Shown: positions 52,597 through 62,234 of the stretch, piece by piece
Position numbering within the stretch: the first letter of the stretch is position 1
Layout: the number at the start of each line of letters is the position of its first letter
Assembly: GCA_963705885.1 (NCBI GenBank)
Contig: OY970120.1
Location: 98,179-162,178 of the forward strand
Reading direction: 5' to 3'
Origin: an uncultured Actinomycetota bacterium
GTDB taxonomy: Bacteria > Actinomycetota > Actinomycetes > JACCUZ01
Length of the DNA: 64,000 nucleotides
Notes under the pieces: model-generated
Database searches by the model: none
Seen by the model: only the letters and a program-made list of their open reading frames with translations
Told to the model about the DNA's origin: nothing
Program-made: the position numbers and the translations under genes

Positions 52597-53106
52597 GTGG
52601 CTGACGCGACCGAGGGCGACACGTCGGCTGCCCGGCGCTACGAGGACCTCTTCCACGGCCACTTCGGCGCGATGACCCGGCTGGCCGCCATGCTCGGCGC
52701 CGACGACCCCGAGGACGTCGCCCAGGAGGCGTTCGTCCGGCTGCACCAGCGCGGCCGCACGCTGCGCGACCCGCACGCCGCGATCGGCTACCTGCGCACC
52801 ACCGTCGTCAACATCTCGCGCTCCCGCCTGCGCCACCTCTCCGTCGTCCGCCGCCACCGACAGCAGGCGCCGCCCGACGCGGCGTCCGCCGAGCACGACG
52901 TCGTACGCCGGGAAGGTGACCGTGAGCTGCTCGCCGCGATGCGTCACCTGTCGGCCCGCCACCGCGAGGCGCTCGTCCTGCGCTTCTGGCTCGACCTCAC
53001 CGAGGCCGAGATGGCCGACGCCATGGGCGTCAGCCGCGGCACCGTCAAGTCCCACGTCTCGCGGGGGCTCGACGCCCTCGCCGCCCTGATGGAGGGCACC
53101 CGATGA
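52597..53106 (+). CDS. ECF sigma factor
   Basis: Region 2 (YEDLFHGHFGAMTRLA...DVAQEAFVRL) and region 4 (LTEAEMADAMGVSRGTVKSHVSRG); GTG 52597. Confidence 0.8.
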   Translation: MADATEGDTSAARRYEDLFHGHFGAMTRLAAMLGADDPEDVAQEAFVRLHQRGRTLRDPHAAIGYLRTTVVNISRSRLRHLSVVRRHRQQAPPDAASAEHDVVRREGDRELLAAMRHLSARHREALVLRFWLDLTEAEMADAMGVSRGTVKSHVSRGLDALAALMEGTR

Positions 53107-54215
53107 GCGACCACGACCAGCTCCAGCGACGGCTGCGCACCGGCCGGGCGCCCTTCGACGACATCGCGGTCGCGCCCGACGCCTGGCAGGAGAACCAGCG
53201 CCGGGTCGCGGCCGGCCGGACGACGCGCCGGCGGCAGTGGCTCGGCGCCGCCGCGGCTGCCGTAGCCGTCCTCCTCGTCGGCGGGCTGCTCCTGTTCGGA
53301 GGCTCCGAGCCGGACAGCGGCCCGCCCGCGTCCGGGGGCGCCGACGACTTCTGGGACCCCGGCAACGTGCTCGGTCCCCCTGTCGTCGCCGAGACCCTCA
53401 CCGTCGACGACGAGCAGGTTCCCCACGAGATCGTGCTCAGCGACACCACCGGCCAGGGGCCCAGCCTCTGCGACCGGGTCGAGGCATCGAGCAGCGCGAG
53501 CGGCAGCTGCACCAGCCGGGAGCCCGGAGCCGACAAGGACGGTGTCGCCGTCGACTGGCTCTCCGGCACCGAGGGCGACGGGGACGTCCGCGGTGTGCTG
53601 GCCGGCGTGGACGAGCGCGTGACGGCCGTCGACGTCTGGATGACCGACGGGGGCCATGTCGCGCCGCAGCTGCACCCGACGGGCTGGGAGGGCACGCAGA
53701 TGTTCGCCCTCACCGTCCCGGCCGACGGGCCCGTCCCCCAGCGGCTCGTCGCGTCGGGCGGGGACGGCAACGTCCTGCAGACCGTCGACCTGCCGAGCCG
53801 GCTCGGCGACACCTGGCTGCCCCGGACACGGTCCGCCTGCGGCGGCGACTCCGGCGGGTCGTCCCCGAGCCCAGGGGTCCGCATCGGCCTCGGTACGTCC
53901 GACGCCTTCGTCACCGCGGCGAGGGACACCGCCGTCTGCCTCGAGCCGTTGCGCGGCAGTGCGCTGGCCGGGTGGACCCGGATCGGCGACCGGCTGGTGG
54001 TGGTCGCGTGGCCCGAGACCGAGCACGTCCGGGTGATGGCCGGTCAGAGCATGGTCGCCGACCAGGAGCCCGGGCAGGGCAGCGGCTCCCCGCTGCGCGT
54101 CACGGTGTTCACCGGACTGGGCGAGGGGGCGCTGCAGCGCGCCGAGGTGGTGGCGCTGGACCGCCTCAACAACGAGCTGGACCGGGCGTACGTCAACCAG
54201 CCGAAGAGTCCCTGA
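53103..54215 (+). CDS. putative anti-sigma factor (cytoplasmic N-terminus, one TM, extracytoplasmic domain)
   Basis: Start overlaps the sigma stop (ATGA); TM WLGAAAAAVAVLLVGGLLLF; 370 aa. Confidence 0.6.
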   Translation: MSDHDQLQRRLRTGRAPFDDIAVAPDAWQENQRRVAAGRTTRRRQWLGAAAAAVAVLLVGGLLLFGGSEPDSGPPASGGADDFWDPGNVLGPPVVAETLTVDDEQVPHEIVLSDTTGQGPSLCDRVEASSSASGSCTSREPGADKDGVAVDWLSGTEGDGDVRGVLAGVDERVTAVDVWMTDGGHVAPQLHPTGWEGTQMFALTVPADGPVPQRLVASGGDGNVLQTVDLPSRLGDTWLPRTRSACGGDSGGSSPSPGVRIGLGTSDAFVTAARDTAVCLEPLRGSALAGWTRIGDRLVVVAWPETEHVRVMAGQSMVADQEPGQGSGSPLRVTVFTGLGEGALQRAEVVALDRLNNELDRAYVNQPKSP

Positions 54216-54218
54216 CGA

Positions 54219-55280
54219 CTACCCGCCGAGCCAGGCGAACATCCGCTGGTCGCACTCCAGGATCGGCGCGACGTCGCAGTACTCCTCGCGCTGGTGCGCC
54301 ACGCTCGGGTCGCCCGGCCCGTAGTTCACCGCGGGGACGCCCAGCGCCGAGAAGCGCGACACGTCGGTCCAGCCGAACTTCGGCTGCGGCTCGCGCCCGG
54401 CCATCTCGACGAACGCGGCAGCCGCCGGGTGCGAGAGACCGGGCAGGGCGCCCGGTGCCGAGTCCGAGACGGTCACGTCGAAGCCGTCGAGCACGCGGCG
54501 TACGACCTCGGCGGCCTCCTCCTCCGACCTCGACGGCGCGAACCGGTAGTTCACCGTCACGGTGCACTCGTCGGGGACGACGTTGCCCGCGACTCCCCCG
54601 CTGATCCCGACGGCCTGCAGGCCCTCGCGGTAGACGAGCCCGTCGATCTCGACCTGGTCCGGCTCGTACGCAGCGAGCCGCGCCAGCACGGCCCCCGCGG
54701 CATGGACCGCGTTGCTGCCCAGCCACGCCCGGGCAGAGTGCGCCCGGTGACCGCGCAGCACGACGTCGGCCCGCAGCGTTCCCTGGCAGCCGCCCTCGAC
54801 CGTCGCGTTGGTCGGCTCCATCAGCACCGCGAAGTCCCCGGCCAGCCAGTCCGGACTCGTGCGCGCGATCCGCCCCAGACCGTTCTTGTGCGCCTCGACC
54901 TCCTCGTGGTCGTAGAACACGTAGGTCACGTCACGGTTCGGCTCCGGGAGGTGCGCCGCCAGCCGCAGCTGCACGGCGACGCCGCTCTTCATGTCGGTCG
55001 TGCCGCAGCCGTGGATGCGGCCGTCCTCGACCCGGCACGGCAGGTTGTCACCGAGCGGGACGGTGTCGATGTGGCCGGCGACGACCACCCGCTCCGGGCG
55101 CCCCAGCGAGGTCCGCGCCACCACCGCGTCGCCGTCGCGGTCCACGGTGAGGTGCGCCTGCCCGCGCAGCGCCCGCTCGATCGCGTCGGCCAGCGGCTTC
55201 TCGTTCCCGCTCACCGACTCGATGTCGCACAGCGCGACGGTGAGGGCAGCGGCATCCAGCGAGAGGTCGAGCTCGGTCAT
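54219..55280 (-). CDS. dapE: succinyl-diaminopimelate desuccinylase (M20 family)
   Basis: M20 metal-binding motifs (AGHIDTV, GTTDMKSG, HEEVE); divergent from dapD as in mycobacteria. Confidence 0.85.
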   Translation of the reverse strand: MTELDLSLDAAALTVALCDIESVSGNEKPLADAIERALRGQAHLTVDRDGDAVVARTSLGRPERVVVAGHIDTVPLGDNLPCRVEDGRIHGCGTTDMKSGVAVQLRLAAHLPEPNRDVTYVFYDHEEVEAHKNGLGRIARTSPDWLAGDFAVLMEPTNATVEGGCQGTLRADVVLRGHRAHSARAWLGSNAVHAAGAVLARLAAYEPDQVEIDGLVYREGLQAVGISGGVAGNVVPDECTVTVNYRFAPSRSEEEAAEVVRRVLDGFDVTVSDSAPGALPGLSHPAAAAFVEMAGREPQPKFGWTDVSRFSALGVPAVNYGPGDPSVAHQREEYCDVAPILECDQRMFAWLGG

Positions 55281-55337
55281 GACCGCTGACCCTACGGGTG
55301 CCCGACCCGCGACCCGCGGCGTGGCAGGCTGGTCGGC

Positions 55338-56267
55338 ATGACCGAGCAGCGCGCCGCCTGGGGCTTCGGCCTGGCCACCGTCCACGAGTCGGGCACCGTC
55401 CTGGACACCTGGTACCCGGAGCCTCATCTCGGCGCCCCGACCGAGTCCGACGCCCCGGCCGAGCTGACTGCGCTGTCGGGCAAGGACGACCGGCGCGGCG
55501 TACGTCTCGAGGTCGTGCGCACCGAGATCGACCTGCAGACCCCGCCCGCGGACGTCCCCGACGCCTACCTCCGCCTGCACCTGCTCTCGCACCGCCGCGT
55601 GCGCCCCCACGGCGTCGACGTCGGCGGCATCTTCGGCGTGCTCACGAACGTGGTCTGGACCTCCCAGGGCCCGTGCCTGCCCGAGGGCTTCGAGTCAGTC
55701 CGCGCCCGCCTCCGCGGCGACGGCCCGGTTCAGGTGCTCGGCGTCGACAAGTTCCCGCGCATGGTCGACTACGTGCTGCCCACCGGCGTGCGCATCGCCG
55801 ACGCCGACCGGGTGCGCCTCGGCGCGCACCTGGCGAGCGGCACCACCGTGATGCACGAGGGGTTCGTGAACTTCAACGCCGGCACGCTCGGCTCGTCGAT
55901 GGTCGAGGGCCGCATCAGCGCCGGCGTCGTGGTCGGCGACGGCTCCGACATCGGCGGCGGCGCGTCGATCATGGGCACGCTCTCCGGCGGCGGTACGCAG
56001 GTGATCTCGGTCGGGGAGCGCTGCCTCGTCGGGGCCAACGCCGGCATCGGCATCTCGCTCGGCGACGACTGCGTCGTGGAGGCCGGCTGCTACGTCACCG
56101 CCGGCACCAAGGTGACGCTGCCGGACGGCTCGGTCCGCAAGGCGCTCGAGCTCTCGGGCCGCGACCAGCTGCTCCTCCGGCGCAACAGCGTCACCGGCGC
56201 GGTCGAGGTCGTGGCGCGTGAGGGCACCTGGGGAGCCCTCAACGAGGCCCTGCACGCCAACGACTGA
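55338..56267 (+). CDS. dapD: 2,3,4,5-tetrahydropyridine-2,6-dicarboxylate N-succinyltransferase
   Basis: Actinobacterial DapD-type N-terminus plus left-handed beta-helix hexapeptide repeats ([24 protein letters not shown]...). Confidence 0.85.
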   Translation: MTEQRAAWGFGLATVHESGTVLDTWYPEPHLGAPTESDAPAELTALSGKDDRRGVRLEVVRTEIDLQTPPADVPDAYLRLHLLSHRRVRPHGVDVGGIFGVLTNVVWTSQGPCLPEGFESVRARLRGDGPVQVLGVDKFPRMVDYVLPTGVRIADADRVRLGAHLASGTTVMHEGFVNFNAGTLGSSMVEGRISAGVVVGDGSDIGGGASIMGTLSGGGTQVISVGERCLVGANAGIGISLGDDCVVEAGCYVTAGTKVTLPDGSVRKALELSGRDQLLLRRNSVTGAVEVVAREGTWGALNEALHAND

Positions 56268-56269
56268 CC

Positions 56270-57103
56270 GTGCGGCTGACCCGGCGGGGGCGCGCGCTCG
56301 TGACCCTCACCGTCACCGCCCTCCTCGTCGCCCTGGTCGCCGTGCTGGTCGTCCGGACGCCGCTGGGCACCGTGCTCGGCCTGTCCACCGGCCCGCCCTG
56401 CGAGATCTCTGCCGGCGGCACGACCCTCGACTGGTCGGTCGAGCAGGCCATGACCGCCACCACCGTGGCCGGGGTGGGCACGCGCATCGGCGCCTCGGTC
56501 AACGGAGTCGCCGCGGCCGTGGCCAGAGCCCTCGACCCCGAGCCCGACAGCGCTCTGCCACCCGCCGCCGCGCGCGCGACCTACCGCGCCCTGCCGGACG
56601 TCGCGACCCCCGATGCGGAGCAGGTGGCGCTCGCCGAGGCGCTGCTGGGCCACGACGACGGCGCCCTCACCTGCACCGTGCCGCTGACCGGCACCGTCGG
56701 CGACCGCCAGGACCCGACCGGCCTGGGCCTGACGCCGCGGGCCGACGGGGTGCGCGCCTCGATGCGCGAGGTGTTCGGCAAGCAGATCCTCGGCGGCTTC
56801 TCACCCCGCGGCGTGACCAGCGGTCACATCGAGGGCTCGGCGCACTACGAGGGCCGGGCGGTGGACATCTTCTTCCGCCCGGTCACCCGCGACAACCAGC
56901 GGCTGGGCTGGCAGCAGGCGCTGTGGGCGGTCGCGCACGCCGAGCGGCTCGACCTCGCCACGGTCATCTTCGACCGGCGCGTCTGGACCGGCCGCCGGTC
57001 GCTGCAGGGCTGGCGCGACTACCGGCACCCCAGCGGTGAGACCGACAACCCGGTCCTCATGCACGAGGACCACGTCCACGTCGACGTCGTCGAGGGCGGG
57101 TGA
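56270..57103 (+). CDS. membrane-anchored protein with M15-like (VanY/LD-carboxypeptidase-type) zinc-peptidase motifs
   Basis: N-terminal TM; C-terminal domain with SAHYEGRAVD (SxHxxGxAxD) and HEDHVHV (ExxH) motifs. Confidence 0.5.
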   Translation: MRLTRRGRALVTLTVTALLVALVAVLVVRTPLGTVLGLSTGPPCEISAGGTTLDWSVEQAMTATTVAGVGTRIGASVNGVAAAVARALDPEPDSALPPAAARATYRALPDVATPDAEQVALAEALLGHDDGALTCTVPLTGTVGDRQDPTGLGLTPRADGVRASMREVFGKQILGGFSPRGVTSGHIEGSAHYEGRAVDIFFRPVTRDNQRLGWQQALWAVAHAERLDLATVIFDRRVWTGRRSLQGWRDYRHPSGETDNPVLMHEDHVHVDVVEGG

Positions 57104-58002
57104 CGCACGGACGGACGTACGCCAGGACGGGCAACGATCGGGACACGGGGCTGGCGAGCGCGCCGGAGCTGCGCGAGTCTCGAGGGGTGCGACGACGCCT
57201 CCAGGTCGCGGTGGCCGCCCTCGGGGGCGGCGCCGTCCTCGTCGCGGTCGTCGCGGCCGCCAGCGGCCCGCCGGGTCCCGACACGGCGCCCGCGCACGCC
57301 TCGTCCGGTGTCGGCGACCCCGCAGCGCCGGCAGCCCCCGCCCGCGTCGCCGACTGCTGGGTGCCCGACGCGTCCGGGACGGTCTCGCTCACCCTCGACG
57401 AGGCCACACGGCTGACGACGGTCGCCGCGCAGGCGCTCGACCGGCCGCGCCGCGCGCAGCGGGTGCGGACCGAGGTGGACCGCACGCCGGCGGTGACGCC
57501 CGCGCAGGCCGTCGTGGTGACCGCGAGCCTGCTGGGTGACCCCGGCACGCCGCGCCTCACCTGCTCGCCGGCACGGCTCGGCGTCGAGCCCGAGACGAGG
57601 GGGAGGAGCGGCCTGACCCCGCGGGCCCGCCGGCTGCGCGCGGCGTGGACCGAGGTGTTCGGCCCGCTCCCGGCCGGCGGCTTCGCGCGTGGCGGGGTCA
57701 GCACCGGTCACGTCGACAGCTCCTCGCACTACGACGGGCGGGCCGTCGACGTGTTCTTCCGGCCGTACGACGACGAGGGTCAGCGGCGTGCCGGGCGGGT
57801 CTTCGCCCAGTGGCTCGTCGCGCACGCGCAGGAGCACCACGTGCTGTCGGTCATCTACGCCGACCGGATCTGGACGTCGTGGGCCGCCTATGCCGGGTGG
57901 CGTGAGTACGTCCACCCGAGCGGCGACACCCGCGACCCCGTGCTGCGCCACCTCGACCACGTCCACGTCGCGGTCGAGAGCGGTCGGTCCTACCGGCCCT
58001 GA
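57100..58002 (+). CDS. paralogous membrane-anchored M15-like zinc-peptidase-motif protein
   Basis: Same C-terminal domain (SSHYDGRAVDVFFRP ... HLDHVHV); start overlaps the upstream stop by 4 nt. Confidence 0.5.
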   Translation: MTHGRTYARTGNDRDTGLASAPELRESRGVRRRLQVAVAALGGGAVLVAVVAAASGPPGPDTAPAHASSGVGDPAAPAAPARVADCWVPDASGTVSLTLDEATRLTTVAAQALDRPRRAQRVRTEVDRTPAVTPAQAVVVTASLLGDPGTPRLTCSPARLGVEPETRGRSGLTPRARRLRAAWTEVFGPLPAGGFARGGVSTGHVDSSSHYDGRAVDVFFRPYDDEGQRRAGRVFAQWLVAHAQEHHVLSVIYADRIWTSWAAYAGWREYVHPSGDTRDPVLRHLDHVHVAVESGRSYRP

Positions 58003-58003
58003 C

Positions 58004-59689
58004 TCACCGGCAGCCGCCCGCGCGGCCGAGGGCGCGCAGCCCCTTGATGTCGGCGGCGCCCCACACCGAGGCGCGCAGCGACGCGCTCGGGTGCATCACC
58101 TGGTGCACGTCGTTGGCGTGGTCGAGCCCGACGACGTGGCCCAGCTCGTGCATGAGGACCATGCCGTGCGGTGAGCCGTCGCCGAACCCCGCCGGAGCGG
58201 AGTTGGAGTACGCGGTGTTGATGGCGAGGTAGCCGGTGAGGATGCGCCCGCCCGAGGTGTGCGACGTGCCGCCCACCCCGCCGACACCCGGCGGGAGAAG
58301 TCCTCTCGACTGGCGGTTGTTGGCCCACGCGACGAGGAACCGGTTGACGCCCGCCCCCGTGTAGGCGTAGTGCGGCACGGCCCTGCTGCGCCCCGAGTAG
58401 CGGAACTTGATGCCGCTCACCTGGGTGACCCGCCGCATCGCCTCACGGAGGTCGCTCATGCCGTGGGCCGGCATGTTCCTCGGGTTGACCTTGTAGCGGA
58501 TCGAGCAGGTCCCCCAGTGCGCCGGGCGGCTCTTCGTGCCCCCGATGGGGCGCCACGTTGCGGCCCTGCCGGTGCCCGTGACGGTCACCACCGTCGTCGT
58601 CTCGCCGCTGCCCTCGGCGAAGCGCGCGTCGGGGCCGCGCACCACCCGCAGTGAGTACGTCCCGACCTGGCTGCGCCGGCCCAGCGTCACGGTGACCCGC
58701 CCGTCGGACCCCTGCACCGGTGTGGCGACGGTGCGCCACGGGCCGTTGCCGAATCGCTCCTGGACCGTCACGGTCGCCCCGGGAACCGCCGGCTGGACCC
58801 GCGCCGTCAGCGACAGGCTCCCGCCGGGCGGGATCGCGACCGGCGACACCGTGGTCGTCACGGACACGCTCACCCGCACGATGACGGTCGGCGACGTCCC
58901 CGGGGCCAGCTCGTCGGTCGTCTCGGAGACGGCGAAGTACTCGGCCTGCTCGCGGGGGTCGTCGGTGAACCTCGCGACGCCCGCCGCGTCGGACCACTGG
59001 TAGCCGACCGCCACGGGGGACGGCTGCGACGCCGTCCGGCGGTAGAGCGTCAGCCCCACGTCCCGGGCCGCCAGGCCGCGAGCGCTCACCGAGGCGGTGA
59101 GCGAGACCGGCTTGCCGAAGGGCACCTGGCCGGTCGAGGCCGACAGCGACACGACCGGGACGACACCGACCACGGTGACCAGCGTCGATCTCGAGTCGTT
59201 CGAGGAGTTCTCGTCGACCTCGACCTCGAGCCAGACGTCGGCGAAGACGGTGGCCGAGCCCTGGTAGTCGGGACGCATCGAGGCGGTGACCACAACGGTC
59301 GAGCCGGCCGCCATGTCCGGAAGGGTGCACTCCAGCGCCCAGGTCCCCGAGCAGCCGCCGCCCGGCACGGAGCCGGAGAGCACCGACCCGTTGTCCGTGT
59401 CCAGTGACACGCGCGGCGCGGTCACGGGCGTGCTCCCGACGTTCGTGACGGTCGCCGTCACGGTCACGGCGTCGCCGAGGCTGACCGTGGCCGGGGCCGC
59501 GGACACGGCGATCGCGACGTCCGTGCCCACCGCCGCGGACGCGCCCCCTGCCGGCAGGCCCGCCAGGACGACGGCGAGCGCCAGCGACCCCCCGAGCCAC
59601 GCCCATGCTCTCGACACGACGCTCCCCCAACCCCCGCTAGCCCTGCGGGGAGAGTAGGGCCCCGGAGGCGGCGGGGAGGGCGATGTCAC
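58004..59689 (-). CDS. secreted multi-domain metzincin (M10/M7-like catalytic domain, HEXXHXXGXXH) with Ig-like (CARDB/DUF11-type) repeats
   Basis: Signal peptide (LALAVVLAGLPAGGASAA); repeated beta-rich Thr/Val/Ser modules; C-terminal HELGHVVGLDH and Met-turn region; start could be 59689 or GTG 59617. Confidence 0.75.
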   Translation of the reverse strand: MTSPSPPPPGPYSPRRASGGWGSVVSRAWAWLGGSLALAVVLAGLPAGGASAAVGTDVAIAVSAAPATVSLGDAVTVTATVTNVGSTPVTAPRVSLDTDNGSVLSGSVPGGGCSGTWALECTLPDMAAGSTVVVTASMRPDYQGSATVFADVWLEVEVDENSSNDSRSTLVTVVGVVPVVSLSASTGQVPFGKPVSLTASVSARGLAARDVGLTLYRRTASQPSPVAVGYQWSDAAGVARFTDDPREQAEYFAVSETTDELAPGTSPTVIVRVSVSVTTTVSPVAIPPGGSLSLTARVQPAVPGATVTVQERFGNGPWRTVATPVQGSDGRVTVTLGRRSQVGTYSLRVVRGPDARFAEGSGETTTVVTVTGTGRAATWRPIGGTKSRPAHWGTCSIRYKVNPRNMPAHGMSDLREAMRRVTQVSGIKFRYSGRSRAVPHYAYTGAGVNRFLVAWANNRQSRGLLPPGVGGVGGTSHTSGGRILTGYLAINTAYSNSAPAGFGDGSPHGMVLMHELGHVVGLDHANDVHQVMHPSASLRASVWGAADIKGLRALGRAGGCR

Positions 59690-59723
59690 GAGGTTGGGTC
59701 GACCGGGTCACCGTCCGTGAGGC

Positions 59724-60812
59724 TCACAGGCGCGCGGCGGCCGCTGCGACCCTCTCGTCGGTCGCCGTCAGGGCGACCCGCACGTGACGACCCCCCGCGC
59801 GGCCGTAGAACGACCCGGGGGCGACGAGGATGCCCCGGCGGGCGAGGTCGGACACGGTCTCCCAGCAGTCCTCGCCGCGGGTGACCCACAGGTAGAGACC
59901 GGCGTGGGAGTCCTCGACCGTGAAGCCCGCGGGGGCGAACGCGTCGACGAGCGTGGCCCGCCGGCGGCCGTAGCGCGCCCGTTGCTCCGCGACGTGCTCG
60001 TCGTCGCCGAGGGCAGCCACCATCGCCGCCTGCACCGGCGCGGGCACGATCATGCCCGCGTGCCGCCGGGCCGTGAGCAGCTCACCGACGAGCGCCCGGT
60101 CACCGGCGGCGAACGCCGCGCGGTAGCCGGCGAGGTTCGACTGCTTGGACAGCGAGTAGAGGACCAGCAGCCCGTCGTGCGAGCCGCCGCACACGTCGGG
60201 GTGGAGCAGCGACACCGGCCGGTGGGCGTCGTCCCACCCCAGCTCGGCGTAGCACTCGTCCGAGGCCACGACGACGCCGCGCTCCCGGGCCCACTCGACG
60301 ACCTTGCGCAGGTGCTCGACGGGCAGCACCCGTCCGGTCGGGTTCGACGGGGAGTTCAGCCACACCAGGCGCACGCGCTCGGGGCCGAGGGCGGTCAGGC
60401 CGTCCGAGGGCCGGGGGGTGGCGCCGGCCAGCCGCGCGCCCACGTCGTACGTCGGGTAGGCGACCTCGGGGTGGACCACCACGTCGCCGGTGCCCAGCCC
60501 CAGCAGCGTCGGCAGCCAGGCCACCATCTCCTTGGAGCCGATGGTCGGCAGGACCGCCGCGGGGTCCAGGCCCGGCACCCCTCGGCGCCGGGCGAACCAC
60601 GACGCGACGGCCTCGCGCAGGGCGGGCGTGCCGTGGCTCTGCGGGTAGCCGGGGGCGTCCGACGCGGACGCCAGCGCGTCCCTGAGCAACGGTGGCGTGG
60701 GGTCCACCGGCGTGCCGACCGACAGGTCGACGACGCCGTCCGGATGGGCCCGGGCGACGGCGGCGTGCGGCTCCAGGCTGTCCCACGGGAAGTCGGGCAG
60801 CCGCCGGGCCAC
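59724..60812 (-). CDS. dapC: class-I pyridoxal-phosphate aminotransferase (N-succinyldiaminopimelate aminotransferase, DapC-like)
   Basis: PLP-lysine motif (SLSKQSNLAGYR); sits next to fdxA as in the mycobacterial Rv1177/Rv1178 pair. Confidence 0.8.
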   Translation of the reverse strand: MARRLPDFPWDSLEPHAAVARAHPDGVVDLSVGTPVDPTPPLLRDALASASDAPGYPQSHGTPALREAVASWFARRRGVPGLDPAAVLPTIGSKEMVAWLPTLLGLGTGDVVVHPEVAYPTYDVGARLAGATPRPSDGLTALGPERVRLVWLNSPSNPTGRVLPVEHLRKVVEWARERGVVVASDECYAELGWDDAHRPVSLLHPDVCGGSHDGLLVLYSLSKQSNLAGYRAAFAAGDRALVGELLTARRHAGMIVPAPVQAAMVAALGDDEHVAEQRARYGRRRATLVDAFAPAGFTVEDSHAGLYLWVTRGEDCWETVSDLARRGILVAPGSFYGRAGGRHVRVALTATDERVAAAAARL

Positions 60813-60838
60813 AGGCCCGGGACCACCGGGCGGAGGGC

Positions 60839-61168
60839 TCAGTGGGCGTCCTGCTCCTGCGGCGGGAGCGCCGCGATCAACGGGTGGTCCTTGTCGATCT
60901 TGCCCATCTTCGCGGCGCCGCCCGGCGAGCCCAGGTCGTCGAAGAACTCGACGTTGGCCTTGTAGTAGTCCTTCCACTGCTCGGGGGTGTCGTCCTCGTA
61001 GAAGATCGCCTCGACCGGGCAGACCGGCTCGCAGGCACCGCAGTCGACGCACTCGTCGGGGTGGATGTACAGCATCCGCTTGCCCTCGTAGATGCAGTCG
61101 ACCGGGCACTCCTCGATGCAGGCCTTGTCGAGCAGGTCCACGCACGGCTGTGCGATGACGTAGGTCAC
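60839..61168 (-). CDS. fdxA: 7Fe ferredoxin (3Fe-4S + 4Fe-4S), FdxA-type
   Basis: CxxDxxC...CP and CxxCxxCxxxCP cluster motifs (CVDLLDKACIEECPVDC; CVDCGACEPVCP). Confidence 0.85.
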   Translation of the reverse strand: MTYVIAQPCVDLLDKACIEECPVDCIYEGKRMLYIHPDECVDCGACEPVCPVEAIFYEDDTPEQWKDYYKANVEFFDDLGSPGGAAKMGKIDKDHPLIAALPPQEQDAH

Positions 61169-61275
61169 GGGTCGTTCCTCCAGGGCGCGGGGGCCGGTTG
61201 CGGCGGCCGCTCGGGAGGGCCGCGCGCCTAGTATCGCGCGTGCCGGTCCAAGGTGCAGTCGAGGGGCGGGAAGTC

Positions 61276-62229
61276 ATGGTGAGCGCGTCCGACGTCGGGC
61301 GGCGGGTGTCCGTGCGGCGGCAGGTCGCGCAGGGCCTCACCGACGTCGTGGGCCACCTGCTCGACCACTCGGAGGGGTCGTGGACCGTGCTGCGCCGCAC
61401 CGGTGAGGTCGTCCACCTCGACCCGTCGACGGTGACCGCGGCCAAGGTCGTCCCGGCCGCTCCGGTGCGCGCCGGGTGGCGGGTTCCGGCCGTCTCCGCC
61501 GAGGAGATGCAGCGCATCTGCTGGGCCGGGTGGCCGGCCCGCGACGTCGAGCGGCTCGGTGACTGGGCGCTGCGGGCGCACGGCGGCATCACCGGGCGCG
61601 CCAACTCGGCCATGGCCGTGGGAGCCCCGGGGCGGCCGGTCGCCGAGGCCCTCGACGCCGTGCGCTCGTGGTACGAGCGCAAGGGGCTCCCGCCGTTGCT
61701 GCAGCTGCCGCTGGCCGACCCCGCCAACGCCGCGATGGCGTCCCACGGCTGGCAGCGCCGGCACGTCACGGTGGTGCAGGTCGCCCCTGTCCCGCCGCTG
61801 CTCGCGTCGCTGCCCGCGCGCGACGACCTGCGCTCCGTGGTGGAGGGCGCGCCCTCGCAGGAGTGGGTCGCCCTCATGCACGACCTCGACGAGCACGACC
61901 CCGCGGGGCACCTCGAGATCCTCACCGGGCCGGAGCGGGTCGGGTTCGCGACGGTCTTGCGGGGTGACGAGCCGGTCGGCATCGGGCGGGTGTCGGTCGA
62001 GGGCGAGTGGGCGGGCGTGACCTCGGTCGACGTCCCGGACGGTGCGCGGCGTGCGGGGATCGGCTCGGCGGTCATGCGGGCGCTGCTGACCTGGGCTCAC
62101 GACCGGGGCGCCGTCGCGTCGTACCTGCAGGTGCGCGCGGGCAACGCGGCGGCGCTGCGGCTCTACGCGTCGCTCGGCTACGTCACCCACCACCCCTACA
62201 ACTACCGGGCGCTCGCGTCCCGGCGGTGA
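61276..62229 (+). CDS. GNAT-family acetyltransferase with N-terminal non-catalytic domain
   Basis: C-terminal acetyl-CoA motif (RRAGIGSAVMRALLTWAHDRGAV...NAAALRLYASLGY); ATG 61276 after GGGAAG. Confidence 0.7.
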   Translation: MVSASDVGRRVSVRRQVAQGLTDVVGHLLDHSEGSWTVLRRTGEVVHLDPSTVTAAKVVPAAPVRAGWRVPAVSAEEMQRICWAGWPARDVERLGDWALRAHGGITGRANSAMAVGAPGRPVAEALDAVRSWYERKGLPPLLQLPLADPANAAMASHGWQRRHVTVVQVAPVPPLLASLPARDDLRSVVEGAPSQEWVALMHDLDEHDPAGHLEILTGPERVGFATVLRGDEPVGIGRVSVEGEWAGVTSVDVPDGARRAGIGSAVMRALLTWAHDRGAVASYLQVRAGNAAALRLYASLGYVTHHPYNYRALASRR

Positions 62230-62234
62230 CCCGC

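Noticed and set aside
59724-62075. 783-aa minus-strand ORF spanning the dapC, fdxA and GNAT regions
   Set aside because: It fuses unrelated genes in one frame only because of the absence of stops. The ferredoxin and GNAT genes are in other frames or on the other strand. Only the DapC portion (59724-60812) was kept.
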